Below, one piece after another: positions 32,128 through 46,842 of a stretch of 64,000 nucleotides of DNA. The DNA lies in NCBI GenBank assembly GCA_964016885.1, contig OZ024747.1:68820001-68884000 (forward strand), read 5' to 3'. The notes beneath the pieces are model-generated. The model did not search any database. It was given only the letters and a program-made list of their open reading frames with translations, and was not told the DNA's origin. The stretch comes from Eledone cirrhosa. Taxonomy: Eukaryota. Within the stretch, counting starts at the first letter, position 1; each line of letters starts with the position of its first letter. A program made the translations under genes and the position numbers.

Positions 32128-32729
32128 ATAATTGTTTCTACTTTAGGCACAAGGCCAGCAATTACCCAGTGCATTACTGGTACTTTATTTTATCAACCCT
32201 GTAAGGATGAAAAGCAAAGTTAACCTCGATGGGATTTGAACTCAGAACATAAAGGGCCGTAACTCTATGCTGCAAAGCATGATGTCCGACGCTCTACTGA
32301 TACTGTCAATTCACCGCCTTTTTAAAAGAAATAATGGTTTCTGGTTTAGGCACAAGGCCAACAATTTTTTGGGAGGGAAAGTCAATTAAATCAACCCCAG
32401 TGTGCTACTGGTACTTATTTTATTGTCCCGTAAGGATGAAAGGCAAAGCTAACCTTGACAGGATTTGAAATCAGAACATAAAGAGCCGTAACTCTATGCT
32501 GTGAAGCAGGGTGTCTGACACTCTACTGATACTGACAATCCACCACCCTTTTTTAAAAGAAATAATTGTTTCTACTATTGGCACAAGGCCAGCAATTACC
32601 CAGTTCATTACTGGTACTTTATTTTATCGACCCCGTAAGGATGAAAGGCAAAGTTAACCTCGGCGGGATTTGAACTCAGAATGGCAAGGGCCGTAACTCT
32701 ATGCATCAAAGCATAGAGTTACGGCCCTT
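32128..32729 (-). mobile_element. three tandem S1 SINEs abutting the last hunchback acceptor
   Basis: Units start at about 32128, 32331 and 32561; the third ends in a 19-bp fold-back. Confidence 0.8.
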
Positions 32730-33233
32730 TATAACACCAGTTATTTACCTATCATTACCATCATTCTCATTATTGTCACTAGATGAGGCTGACATTTTCT
32801 CCTTTCTGTAACACGCACACACACACACTCTCTCTAAACCAATGATGTTCCTTTTCTCTCTCTATGTACATCCCGATTGTTTGATGCTCCCTCTCTCTAT
32901 ATGTAGTTGAGGGCAACATCAACTTTATGTCTGTCTCCCTGGAAGGATTTTCTTGATAGATTTGCTCTACCAGAACTGGCTGAGCCCCTTAAAATTAACC
33001 ATGTGCAAATCTATGATCAAAGACGTTCTTACATGACCATCTGGTCATTTTTCTACTGACATTGTGCACCTAAAATTTAACCTTCTTTTTATAGACCAAC
33101 AGCAGAGTGTGATCCAAGGGAGATTTAACAGCTATTTTTAGCAATTCAAACAATCATTTAGAGGCTCCCCCTTTATCCAGAAGAAAAGGATTCAGTTTTG
33201 ATTAAACCCTTCCTCCATCAAAAATGGTAGATT

Positions 33234-33426
33234 AAATAATTGTTTCTACTTTTGGCACAAGGCCAGCAATTACCCAGTGCATTACTGGTACTTAATTTTA
33301 TCGACCCCGTAAGGATGAAAGGCAAAGTTAACCTCGGCCTTTCATCCTTACGGGGTCGATAAAATAAAGTACCAGTAATGTACTAGGTAATTGCTGGCCT
33401 TGTGCCAAAAGTAGAAACAATTATTT
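33234..33426. mobile_element. palindromic S1 SINE
   Basis: 90-bp inverted arms with about 3 mismatches and a 13-nt loop. Confidence 0.85.
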
Positions 33427-33897
33427 ATTGTCATCAATATAATTGAGTAAAACTCTTCTTTGAAGGTGGTGTCATAGCCAATGTCTAAAACTGGTAGAGT
33501 CATTGGAGCCCTCACAAACCCTGCTAAGGTTAGCTTTATTTTTAATCCTTTCAAGATTGAGAAAATAAAAAACCAGTCCAGAGTGGTGGATTGGCATAAT
33601 TATTAGAGTGTCAGACAAGCTGGCATGTAGTATTTGTTCTGGGTCTTTGCATTCTGAGTTCAAAACACTGCTGTGACCTACTTGGGTGATAGACTTAAGG
33701 TGTTACTGGGTTTGACATCACTACTTCACCCTTTAATGCCTTTAGCAGAGTCCACTCTATTGAAACTATTCAGGCCAGGATTTGGGTTTGAGAATCCTCT
33801 GCTTCTACCTCCCTCGTCCACCAGTCTCTGAAGCCCTTAAAAAGTCATGGGCATTGCCCTTCATTCACTAACTAATATATATATATATATACATATA

Positions 33898-34033
33898 TAG
33901 GAAAAGAGTCAGGACCCCAATGGCTGAGCTCCGGCCGTTTTGACAGCTAGATCTGAACTACTCTTTCCCTATTATCAACTCTACAACCCAAAGCATTGAG
34001 TACTCTGGTGCATTATGGTCCACCCTCTTTGTT
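33898..34033 (+). mobile_element. family A element, internally deleted
   Basis: One arm (GGAAAAGAGTCAGGACCCC...GCTAGATCTGAAC) joined directly to the tail (ATTGAGTACTCTGGTG...); TA flanks. Confidence 0.65.
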
Positions 34034-34090
34034 TTATATACACACACACACACACATATATATATATAAGAAGTAGAAAAGAAAATGTAC

Positions 34091-34320
34091 CTTTGTAGGT
34101 GTTTCATGGCCACAAGTTTTGCATGTAAATTTCTTTGGTTTAGCTGGCATTTTGCCTTTTTTCTGTTTATTGGCAGCCAGTTGTTCTGGAGAGGTGTTGC
34201 TATGAAAGTTTTCTATGTGTTTTTTCAGTCTTCCTTCAGTTCTTGATTTATATTCACACATTGGGCATGCATGTTTAAAATGGATGGAGGTGTGTTCTTG
34301 GAATGCCTCTTTACCAGCAA
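34091..34320 (-). CDS. hb: hunchback internal exon (completes finger 1, contains finger 2, starts middle finger 1)
   Basis: Acceptor TTCCAG|TT and donor AAG|GTACAT; 230 nt. Splicing gives CHLCNFSVAGKEAFQEHTSIH (exact C-x2-C-x12-H-x3-H), then CPMC..HIENFH and CKTCGHETPTK. Confidence 0.93.
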
Positions 34321-34531
34321 CTGGAATATACAATGCACACAAAAAAAAAAAATGAAAAATTTGAAAAAAGAAAATGTAATACAGAGTTTTATGAATGCAA
34401 ATTTTTATCTCAATCCCCAAAAGAAGTAAAATAAAGGAGGATAGGGTGAAACAATTAAAAAATGATGTCGTATTTATTTATCTATAACAACATACAGAGA
34501 AATGAAGAAGGAGACATATATATGTTATATA

Positions 34532-34675
34532 CAGTGAAATTCTGTTATAACGAAATTCACGAGGTATAAAAAAAAATTGTTGTAATGAAAAAAGTCTTTA
34601 TAACAAGATCGACCTTACACGTGAAGTGTGTGGCCCCCTGTTATAATGGTACTTGTTATAACGGAATTTTACCTG
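34532..34675. mobile_element. MITE, same family as 14109-14267
   Basis: TA-CAGTGAAATTCTGTTATAACG ... GTTATAACGGAATTTTACCTG-TA. Confidence 0.7.
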
Positions 34676-34882
34676 TATAAACATATATAAATATGTGTGT
34701 AAGCTTGTGTGTATGTGTATATGTGAAAGTGTGTATGTATGTGTATGTGTGAATGTATGTAGTACAGTGATAAGCATCATCATCATTGCCAGTCATACAG
34801 GAGACTAGGGTGTAATTCCTCAATTGAGAGGTTGTAATATGTGTGTGTGTGTGTGTATTTATGTATGTATGTATGCATGTAT

Positions 34883-35510
34883 GTTTTCTCTTTCTCTTAA
34901 TTTCGAGTATATTTTTTTGACCGGCCACCTTCCTGGTGGCAAGGTTGTAAAAGAAAAGAAATTGTCATCCCTTGAATCGCAAGAATGTTTTGCAAATTTT
35001 GAAGGTGCCAGCTATCGCAGCCATTTGTAGGCTATGAATTAGGGAGCTGCGCTCTTTGTCCGCAAATCCAAGTTCAGTCATACTTTGGTCCAAGCGGGTT
35101 GGTATATAACCCGTAGCTCCAATAATGATGGGTATGAAGCTAAAGGTGTATCTTGGATACTGGATTTGTAAACTCCTCATCAATGGTCCGTAGATGTCCT
35201 CCTTCTCCTGTATTTTTCTGACAACGTTTACATCAAGTGGGTAGCTGATCTCCACAACAGAACACGTTTTCAATGTGTGGTCCCAAACAACAATATCAGG
35301 CCGGTTGTGCTTTAATTTGGTGGCAGTTTTTATCTTCAGGTTCAACCAGTATTCCTTAGTGCCATCTGTCTCAATATATTCTTCCTCGTTTGTTGTTAAT
35401 TTTGTTTTCCGAAGTGCGTTCCAGAGGGTTCTAGCTATCCCATCATGTCTCATGGGGAGGTAGTAGCGAGATGACATTCTTTCGCAGCTGGCAACAATGT
35501 GGCTCACATC
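34883..35510 (-). mobile_element. 3' fragment of an RLE-type (R4/Dong-like) non-LTR retrotransposon
   Basis: HIVASC..RHD..NRPDIVVWD..VEISYP..EKEDIY..IIIGATG matches the restriction-like endonuclease domain; short 3' UTR; flanked by (TATG)n. Confidence 0.85.
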
Positions 35511-35574
35511 CATATGTATGTACATATGTATGTATGTACGTATGTATGTATGTATGTATGTATGTATCATCATT

Positions 35575-35911
35575 TTCATCATCATTTCATTTTACGTCCG
35601 CTTTTCCCTGCTTACAAGGGTGGGACGGGAACTGATTTTGGCTTGATTTCTACAGCTGGATGCCCTTCCTAACACCAACCTCATTTACAGTGAGTGCTGG
35701 GTGCTTTTTTGCCATGGCACCTCCACGACCACTTTACAGTGGAATGATATGGACCCCAGTCCCTATCATCTCATTTCTACAGCTGAGTAAACTGGAGCAA
35801 TGTGAAATAAAGTGTCTTGCTCAAGGAAACAACACATCACCCGGTCTGAGAATTGAACTCACAACCTTTTGATTGCAAGGCCAATGCTCTAACCACTAAG
35901 CCATGTGCCTC
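35575..35911 (-). mobile_element. SINE family S2
   Basis: Reverse complement of 54236-54613, lacking one internal repeat. Confidence 0.8.
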
Positions 35912-36075
35912 CATTGTATGTATGTATGTATGTATATGTATGTATGTATGTATGTATGTGTATGTATATGTGTGTATATGTATATGTGTATGTGTATGTA
36001 TATGTATATATATATATATGTATGTATATGTCTATATATATGTATGTATGTATATGTATGTATATGTATATATAT

Positions 36076-36434
36076 AACTCTGATATAACACCTGCAACTC
36101 TGATGGTATCCAATGATGTTGACTTGTTCTTCTTTTTGGTAAATATCATCTTGGTTAAGAGAGTGGGACTGGCTTTGTGCAGTGCCTTTGCTCACTATAA
36201 AAGCTTCACGGCACAGGCATTGCTTTATATCTGGAGATCTCTCTGCATTTGCCGTCACATGGTACCATGGGCCCAGCACTATGTATCAATAATTGTCACA
36301 AGTGTAGTATTTGTACCAGAGTTTTCAAGTCGCTGGCTGCACTAAAAAGTCACACTCGTTCAGCGCATCGGTAGGGGTTCTCCTACATGGATATAAAGTA
36401 GTGGCCGTACTCGAAAACGAGTTGGCAGCCACCA
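36076..36434 (+). mobile_element. 5'-truncated copy of 36731-37340
   Basis: Near-identical sequence ending GGCAGCCACCA-(TGTA)n. Confidence 0.6.
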
Positions 36435-36495
36435 TGTATGTATGTATGTATGTATGTATGTATGTACGTATGTATGTATGTATGTATGTATGTAC

Positions 36496-36526
<31 letters not shown>

Positions 36527-36730
36527 TGCATGCATGTATGTATGTACGTGTGTATGTATGTATGTATGTATGTATGTATGTATGTATATATGTATGTCTG
36601 TACGAACGTATGTATGTATGTACATATGTATGTATGTACGTACGTACATATGTATCTATGTATGTATGTATGTATGTATGTATGTACGTATGTATGTATG
36701 TATGTACGTATGTATGTATGTATGTACGCA

Positions 36731-37340
36731 TGTCAGGTCACCAGTTGGTGCTACTGGTAACATGTATCCCAGTACAACCTGTCTCATGGTCGGGTCGTTG
36801 GCGACTAAACTGGCAACCCCACCAAGGTTTCTTGGTGAGGAGGGTGACTTTGGACATCCTGCAGGACTAAAAACAAAACCTGTCAAAGGGCAAAGGAGCT
36901 CTTAAGAGTCAATGGCCATCCAAAATCACCGGGAGAGATGACCCCTTAGCCTTTGTCAAGGCAGAATTCTAGGAGAAGGAAAACTCTGATATAACACCTG
37001 CAACTCTGATGGTATCCAATGATGTTGACATGTTCTTCTTTTTGGTAAATATCATCTTGGTTAAGAGAGTGGGACTGGCTTTGTGCAGTGCCTTTGCTCA
37101 CTATAAAAGCTTCACGGCACAGGCATTGCTTTATATCTGGAGATCTCTCTGCACTTGTCGTCACATGGTACCATGGGCCCAGCACTATGTGTCAATAATT
37201 GTCACAAGTGTAGTGTTTGTACCAGAGTTTTCAAGTCGCTGGCTGGACTAAAAATTCACACTCGTTCAGCGCATCGGTAGGGGTTCTCCTACATGGATAT
37301 AAAGTAGTGGCCGTACTCGAAAACGAGTTGGCAGCCACCA
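36731..37340 (+). mobile_element. non-coding element with (TGTA)n tail, probably RTE-derived
   Basis: Contains CTAGGAGAAGGAAAACTCTGA, reminiscent of RTE 5' regions. Its 3' about 355 bp is repeated almost identically at 36076-36434. Confidence 0.5.
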
Positions 37341-37546
37341 TGTACGTATGTATGTATGTATGTATGTATGTATGTATGTATGTATGTATGTATGTATGTA
37401 TGTATAGCTGTATATATGTCTACCTTTCAGTGATTACTGGACTTTTTGAAGTGGTAGATGGTGACAACACCTGTCATCCTGCTTAATCTGACAGGTGACA
37501 AATCTTTTAGTCATCAAAACATTCTAGTTGTCATTCATTGTCACAA

Positions 37547-37938
37547 TAATGGTTTCTGATTCAGGCACAAGGTCAACAATTTTGGGGGAGGGGAAAATCA
37601 ATTAAATTCACCCCAGTGTGTTACTGGTACTTTATTCTATCGGCTCTGTATGGATGGATGAATGGCCAAAACTAACCTTTGCGGGATTTGACCTCAGAAC
37701 TTACTTAAAGGGCCATAACTATATGCCACAATGCATGATTTACTGTTATAATAGTTGTTTCTATTTTTGGCCCAAGGCCAGCAATTACCCAGTACATTAC
37801 TGGTACTTTATTTTATCGACCCCGTAAGGTTGAAAGGCAAAGTTAACCTCGGCGAGATTTGAACTCAGATCGTAAAGGAGCGTAACTCTATGCTGCAAAC
37901 CATGGCGTCCGACCCTCTACCAACACTGCCAATCCACC
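37547..37938 (-). mobile_element. two tandem S1 SINEs
   Basis: Two units with the S1 body. Confidence 0.75.
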
Positions 37939-37980
37939 TAATAAACAATAGTTTTATTTTTGTTTTTCTACTTGAATCTT

Positions 37981-38020
<40 letters not shown>

Positions 38021-38199
38021 CCTATGTTTATTGCTCTGGTCTTTATTTGGTCCATGGAGCGCTTGCCAGCATAACTTGGATATTGCGGTTCGCTTTGTTT
38101 TCGACCACAGCCGAAATCCGAATCTTGGTGAAATTTTATTTCATCATCATCATCATCATCCCCGTTTTACGTCCGTTCTTCCATGCTAGCATGGGTTAG

Positions 38200-40311
<2,112 letters not shown>

Positions 40312-40944
40312 AAGAGATAGAGAGAGAAAGAGATAGAGAGAGAGTGAATGGGAGAGAGAGATAGAGAGAGATGCACACTAACTGAATTAAAAACATCCAA
40401 GCATATATTAAATAAAAAAAAAAATAATAATGAAATAAATGTTATAAACTCAGACATGATTAGGTTTCTGGTAGCTGAATGTCTATAAAATAGAACCAGA
40501 AACGTCTTCATCCAGAGGACAAATAGAAGATATTTGAGTTGAGTAAGTACGCAGGTGATATTAAACACAATGTGTAAATATTAATTGGAAAAATGTATTA
40601 ATTCAATCTCTTCTCTTTTGCTTAGATAACTCACAGCAAAATGTACCCATAAATTTGTATTCAATCTCTGCTTGGAGTTATCAATTATTTTCATGTAGGT
40701 ATCCACAAAAGAGCTTGATAAATGAATAAAATTAACATAATTTATTCAGACTAACTGGATTTAAAATAACTCAAGGCATATGTGATAATCTCATTTTAAA
40801 ATCATTTGCATTTTCTTCAATTAACACTACATCAATTATTACATATATGATTTTATCTCATGTAAGCTAATTTTCTTCCTCCTTAGTTGTGCTATATAGT
40901 CTTCTAATTACTTTTATAACTTCATCCATTATTTTAAGGCATGT

Positions 40945-41908
40945 GTGGATTGAGCATCTCCTTTGCCTTTGTAACTGTTGATAAGAATACTTATATGCCA
41001 GATATTGGGTATGTCACCTCCCTGTACTATCTGATTGACTATACAAATGACTACTGCGTGCTGTACTTTGCCAGATATTTTCATCATATTATCGACCAGC
41101 CCTAATGGTCCAACTGATTTCTTTCTCTTTGTTTCTTTAATTGTGCTTTTGACTATATAGCTGTCAACTCCAATAGCTGGTTGCCTATCTTGGGTTTACG
41201 TGGGTTGTTCTTCCTCCCTCCCCCACATTTTCTTCATTCAATAATTTCTTGTAATAACATCTCTACATCATTTTTTCTTGGTGTCATTTTCAATTTATAT
41301 ATAAATTTTGCCAACATTTTGATTTATGCTGACACACTGTTAGTAATCCAGAACACCTTATACCTCTGATGCTATTATCACAGAATATTGGCAAACCCCT
41401 TACTTTCAGTTTCTCTCTCTTCTATACATACCTAACATCTAGCAACCTAATATTTTTCCTTTCTGCCTCTTTTCTTCCAATTTTTCCAGGCCTGACTTTT
41501 AACTTTTTGGTGCTTGTGTCATTCCATCACCATCTCATCTTCCTGGTCATCAACTTACTTTATCAAAAGAATTTATCTGTGTCTCACAGTAGGTTTATCT
41601 CATTGAAACTCCCAGTTGTCCTCTATGTTATAAAGCAGTATTTTCTCCTCCTCAATGTGTATATCACCTAGAATATCTCTATACCTATGTCTAGCAGATC
41701 TTTCATCTTCTTTATGTTCCCTCTCCATATTATCTTGCATCTCACTCCATCAACCTCTTACTCCAGTCTATCAACTTCTTATTGATCTATAGAGATTGGT
41801 GTATTCTTCACCAAGGAAAGACATAGTATTCCCAACTAGCTCTTTATTCCCTTTTTGATGATTATGAAGTCTATGTTGTTTCTGAGTTTACCTGATAGGT
41901 AGTTGATC
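40945..41908 (-). mobile_element. degenerate RTE LINE segment (endonuclease end to RT start)
   Basis: Minus strand PAIGVDSYIVKSTIKETKRKKSVGPLG..GDIPNIW..YKGKGDA with stops and frameshifts upstream. Confidence 0.7.
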
Positions 41909-42385
41909 ATATGGTAGTGAAGAGTAGATTAAATGATGCCTGTGTGAGAAGTGCTATGTTGCATGGCAGTGAGATATGAGTGGGGAATGTAGAGGGTATG
42001 CATGTGAAAGCTGGAGAGAAATACAGCAAGCATGTTCTATTGGATGTATAATGAATGACGAAACTTAGGAGAACTGAAAGAAAAACTGGATTAAAAAAAG
42101 AATCAGATGCAGTGTGCAAGGGAGAAAACTGTGTTAGTATTGATATGTGATGGGGTGGATAATAATTTGATGAAGAAGTGATAGATCTCAGTAGAAGGTT
42201 GCTGGTGTAGAGGAAAACTGTGGAAGACCTAAGTAGAAGTGGTTAGAGCTGATTTCAAAAGTTGAGCCTTACAGTGGAGATGACAAAGGAGAGCAATGCG
42301 TGGAGGGAAGCTGTGTTGGAAAAGACCTATCCAACCCATGCAAGCATGGGAAATTGGACATAAAATGTTGATGATGATGATGATA
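41909..42385 (+). mobile_element. degenerate RTE LINE 3' end
   Basis: DACVRSAMLHGSE.. followed by CCAACCCATGCAAGCATGG and a (TGA)n tail. Confidence 0.7.
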
Positions 42386-42699
42386 TAAATACATACAAAT
42401 CCATAGACATGGCCCTCTGCCGGATTAGTGGACTGGAACAATGAGAAATAAAGTGTCTTGCTTAAGGACACAACACACTGACAAGAATCGAACTCATGAC
42501 CTTAAGATTGTGAGTCAAACATGCTAATCATGAAAGCATGCACCTTTACACACACACACACACATGCATACACACACACACACACGCACACACACAAACA
42601 TACACACACACACACTCGTATACACATCAACATACACCTATATGTATATAATGTTAAAATTATTATGATTATATTTACATATTATATACATATACAGCA

Positions 42700-42905
42700 G
42701 ATTGGCAGTATTAGTAGAGTGTTGGGCACCATGCTTCACAGCATCGAGTTACATCCCTTTACGTTCTGTGTTCAAATCCTCCCAAGGTTAGCTTTGCCTT
42801 TCATCTTTATGGTATTGATAAAATAAAGCACCAGTAATGTACTGGGGTCAATCGACTTTTCCCTCTCCAATAATTGTTGGCCTTGTGCCTAAATCAGAAA
42901 CAATT
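42700..42905 (+). mobile_element. SINE family S1
   Basis: GTTCAAATCC..TTTGCCTTTCATC..TGGCCTTGTGCC. Confidence 0.7.
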
Positions 42906-43593
42906 ATATTTACAAGCGATAATTTCTTTGAAATCAAATTCTTTAAGAAGACCATCTAAAAATGGTGAGGTATAGGTATATGGCGGTTTTCTCTTTGAAG
43001 AATTTTGTGATGTAATTATGTCCTGCCATTTTGAGATTAACCTCAATAAAGATGTAAGGTAAACATAGTATTGTTAGAGATATTATATATTACTTGATTT
43101 GGAAGATTGCCACAATAAGGAGTGGTAATCTAGAAATTATTCATCAAATCTGAATATTTCTGTTTAGAAAACTGAAAAAAAAAAATGTTTTGTATATCAA
43201 TTTTCAGTCCTTCCAACATTATTAGCACACACCTACATGCACATGCATATACACACATACGCACACACACAGATACACTCACACCCACACCCACACACAC
43301 ACATATGCACACAAATGCATGAACACCTACACACACTCAGACACATGCATATATATATATATATATACATACATATACGTATATATATATATATATATAT
43401 ATGTACACACACACACATACGGTAAGAGCTGATTTTTGTCATCTTTTGGAATTAATTATTTTCAGCAAGAGTAACCTGGTGATAAAATTAAGCAAATAAA
43501 GTGCTAATATTTTCAATGATATGATAAGCAACTTCCATTGTACTCTCCTCATTTGTGGTGTCCCTGGTCTCAGCGCTCCAGACTCTCTCTCTG

Positions 43594-43627
<34 letters not shown>

Positions 43628-43634
43628 ATATATA

Positions 43635-43840
43635 TACAATATGTTGAAAAGGTAACACACTAGAGAGAGATATACAGTGTGCCATCAATAAAACAGGGTA
43701 AAACCATCAGTGTAGATTCCATACACTCTCTAGTGTGTTACCTTTTCAACATATTGTATTTTAAAGAGCTCAGGATTTCTTCTCCTTTGAGCACATTATT
43801 TACAGGGAATGGCAAGGGTCTATGGCTCCGTTAATTTAGT

Positions 43841-43844
<4 letters not shown>
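43635..43844 (+). mobile_element. TA-embedded fold-back element, family C
   Basis: 33-bp perfect arms (43635-43667 and 43726-43758). The tail is homologous, in reverse complement, to 25088-25200. Confidence 0.6.
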
Positions 43845-43913
<69 letters not shown>

Positions 43914-44281
43914 TTTATGATTTAAACACATATGTGTGTGTGTGTGTGTATATATATATGTGTGTGTGTATTTCTCTCTTTACAGTGTTATAAAGAGCTT
44001 GGAATCTGTTCCTTGAGCTTATTTGATTATAAGTAAATATTTGAGTTTTTAACTCAACATTTTAATTTTATATATATATGGTATACCCCTCTCTCCTAGT
44101 TATCGCATTTTGGATGTCCCCCTAGATCAAAGAAGGGGAGGCAGAGAGGGTGTCTGTCTTTCCTTGTGTCTGCATGTTCACCTAAAACTCTTAGCGAAAG
44201 CGAAGTATATACTATCAAGTCTTACTCGATTGTGAGTGACAGATGTAGCTATAGATATATCAATCTGTTTCACTAAATAGG

Positions 44282-44321
<40 letters not shown>

Positions 44322-44419
44322 CAAGGTGTCCCCTCAAAATATATACACACTGCAACATCATTCTAATAAATATTGCCTGTACAAGTATTCAAATTGTGTA
44401 TACATATTTTGGGGACACC

Positions 44420-44422
<3 letters not shown>
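44322..44422. mobile_element. Tc1/mariner MITE
   Basis: TA-CAAGGTGTCCCC..AAAAT / ATTTTGGGGACACCCTG-TA TIRs. Confidence 0.7.
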
Positions 44423-44476
<54 letters not shown>

Positions 44477-44580
44477 TATAGATAGGTAAATATACACGGG
44501 TGTGTATGATTGTGTATAGACAGTCGAGTTTGCAATTTTCAACAGTTGAAAATTGCAAACTCGACTGTCACCACATATTA

Positions 44581-44619
44581 TGAACCTGAAGATTGCGAAA
44601 GCATGAAAGTACTTGTTCA
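44581..44619 (+). ncRNA. minimal type-I hammerhead ribozyme
   Basis: TGAAC-CTGAAGA-T.TGC(GAAA)GCA.T-GAAA-GTAC-TT-GTTCA: 5-bp helix I, intact core, palindromic helix III (AGTACT), CUU triplet. Confidence 0.8.
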
Positions 44620-45869
44620 ATTAACACTTAGAATTTAATATTCTATCATACTATTTCATTATAATACCATCATATATTTTAAAGGATTGTAAATAAAACG
44701 AGTAAATCAGACAAAGTTGGAATTCCTCTTATTAATATATATATATATATATATGTTTATGTGTATCTGTGTTTGCATATTTATTGTTATATCCGGCTAA
44801 TTTAATAGTTTTATTGTTTCAATTAGTTGCATTTTAGTTTTTTATTTTATAGGTAACTAGCAGATATGATAAAGTACATGGTTTATCATAGTGTACCTCT
44901 GACAGAAGGAAAAACATCAAAGATGGATCGTTTGCACTTTCGAAATATAGCAAAGAGTTACCTCCCTTGCAATGCTAATCCATGTTTTTAACAAGATTTT
45001 AGCTTGTCAAAAATGACCTCTTTTGTAATAGAAAATCAGTTCTCTGCTTCTTCGTTTAATTTGTTACATTATAAAGAGGGAAAAATATTATTCGATAACA
45101 TAACCAAGGAATATATACTATTTTAAATTAAATTACCAATAATGCTTTTGCAAGGTGTAATTATTAAAAAAAATTCATCTTTAGTTTTTTAATTATCTAA
45201 ATATTTATTTAACTCCTTAACACCTGTCAGTGTTAATTTGTTGGCCTGAGGAGTAATAAAAACAAAATTTGTTTTAAAGCTAGCACTCTTTTATGGATGA
45301 TAAACAAAATATAAAAAAGGTGAGATGTCCGAAGCTCTACTGATACTGCCAATCCACTTCTATTTATTTAATAAATTATGATTGTAATAAATGTATACTA
45401 TTAAACTGTTAACTCCTAGTTTGTGTTTGATATAAATAGTGTTTGAATATATATGGTAGGATAAAGAAATGGCCTATTATCTGTGGAACTTATATACAGA
45501 ATCTCTTATGTCTTTTTGTGTACAAAGAGATTAACAGAATGTTCTCCACATCGGTTTAAATTTTCGCAATGAGGCTTATAAACAGTAGTTATACTGATAT
45601 TAAATTTATCTTAGATATTGTTATCATTTTACTGGTTTATTTCAGGCAATAGGAAATTATCATATATGACTGGCTACCATATGTCACCTTTTAAAGAAAT
45701 ATAATTTATAGATAATCTTATATGCTAAATATAATATTACAAATAGTGTGATAATATTCATTTCATGCACTGTAGCCCCCACCCCCTATATATATATGTA
45801 TAATAATTGTAACATGAACTCTATTCTTCTTATTAACAACACACACACACACACAAATATATATATATA

Positions 45870-45979
45870 CTGTAGAATAAGTTTGGTAGAAATATCCAAG
45901 GGTATGAGCACTCAGTTGATAGGACAAGTTAACTATAATTAGTTACAACAGTGACATATATGTCACTGTTGTAACTAAT
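45870..45979 (-). mobile_element. short TA-embedded fold-back element
   Basis: Perfect 21-bp arms 45938-45979 centred on ACATATATGT; GAGCACTC at 45906. Confidence 0.6.
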
Positions 45980-46349
45980 ACATATATATATACATGTGTG
46001 TGTGTGTATTGAATTTATAGTTAGTAGTTTCAGTGTTATTGTCTATGGAAAATAATCCAATAAGTTGGGCATTTAATCCTCTGGAGACAGGAAAACTCAC
46101 ACCAGCAATACACCATTTCATTGGGCTACCGTTACTCCAGAGTGCAGCCAGTAAATTTTTCTATTATTTTGATTTTTATCATTCAGTGAGAAAGTATGTA
46201 AGCAATGTATTCTAGATCTGCTGAGTGGGTAAGAAGTTAAGAATTCAAAGTTAGTAGCCTATTAGATTATTTTTCATAGTTAAAAATGCTGAAGCTACTA
46301 ATTCAAAAATTCAAAACTTCTTACCCACTGAGTGGTTCAAAAATAGATT

Positions 46350-46471
<122 letters not shown>

Positions 46472-46811
46472 TCTTTAAGAAATAGAGTTCAACTGTTCCT
46501 GTTTATGCTTTTCATAAGAGCTCATAATGCTGGAGGTAAACCAACCCTATTGTTATATAAGAATTTGTGCAATCATCAATAACTTTAAGCAAGTGAAACA
46601 TTTGTAATGAAAATAAATATATGTTAAATTGATATTTCACTCTCCATTTTTGATACATACATATACCATATACATACATATACACATATGCATATATATA
46701 TACATACATATATATTCAGTGATATATATATATATATATCACCGAAATATATATTGCAGCGAATATGAATATAACATGAAATGTAAGAAATGTAATTCGA
46801 TAGTTTATATA

Positions 46812-46842
<31 letters not shown>

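Noticed and set aside
32100-32174. N-terminal 25 aa of the 1018-aa ORF ([11 protein letters not shown]...)
   Set aside because: Intronic SINE and polypyrimidine sequence upstream of the true acceptor.
36736-36882. Possible HDV-like ribozyme at the 5' end of the RTE-like element
   Set aside because: A P1-like GGTCACC/GGTGACT pair and CTAA are present, but L3 and P1.1 cannot be built.
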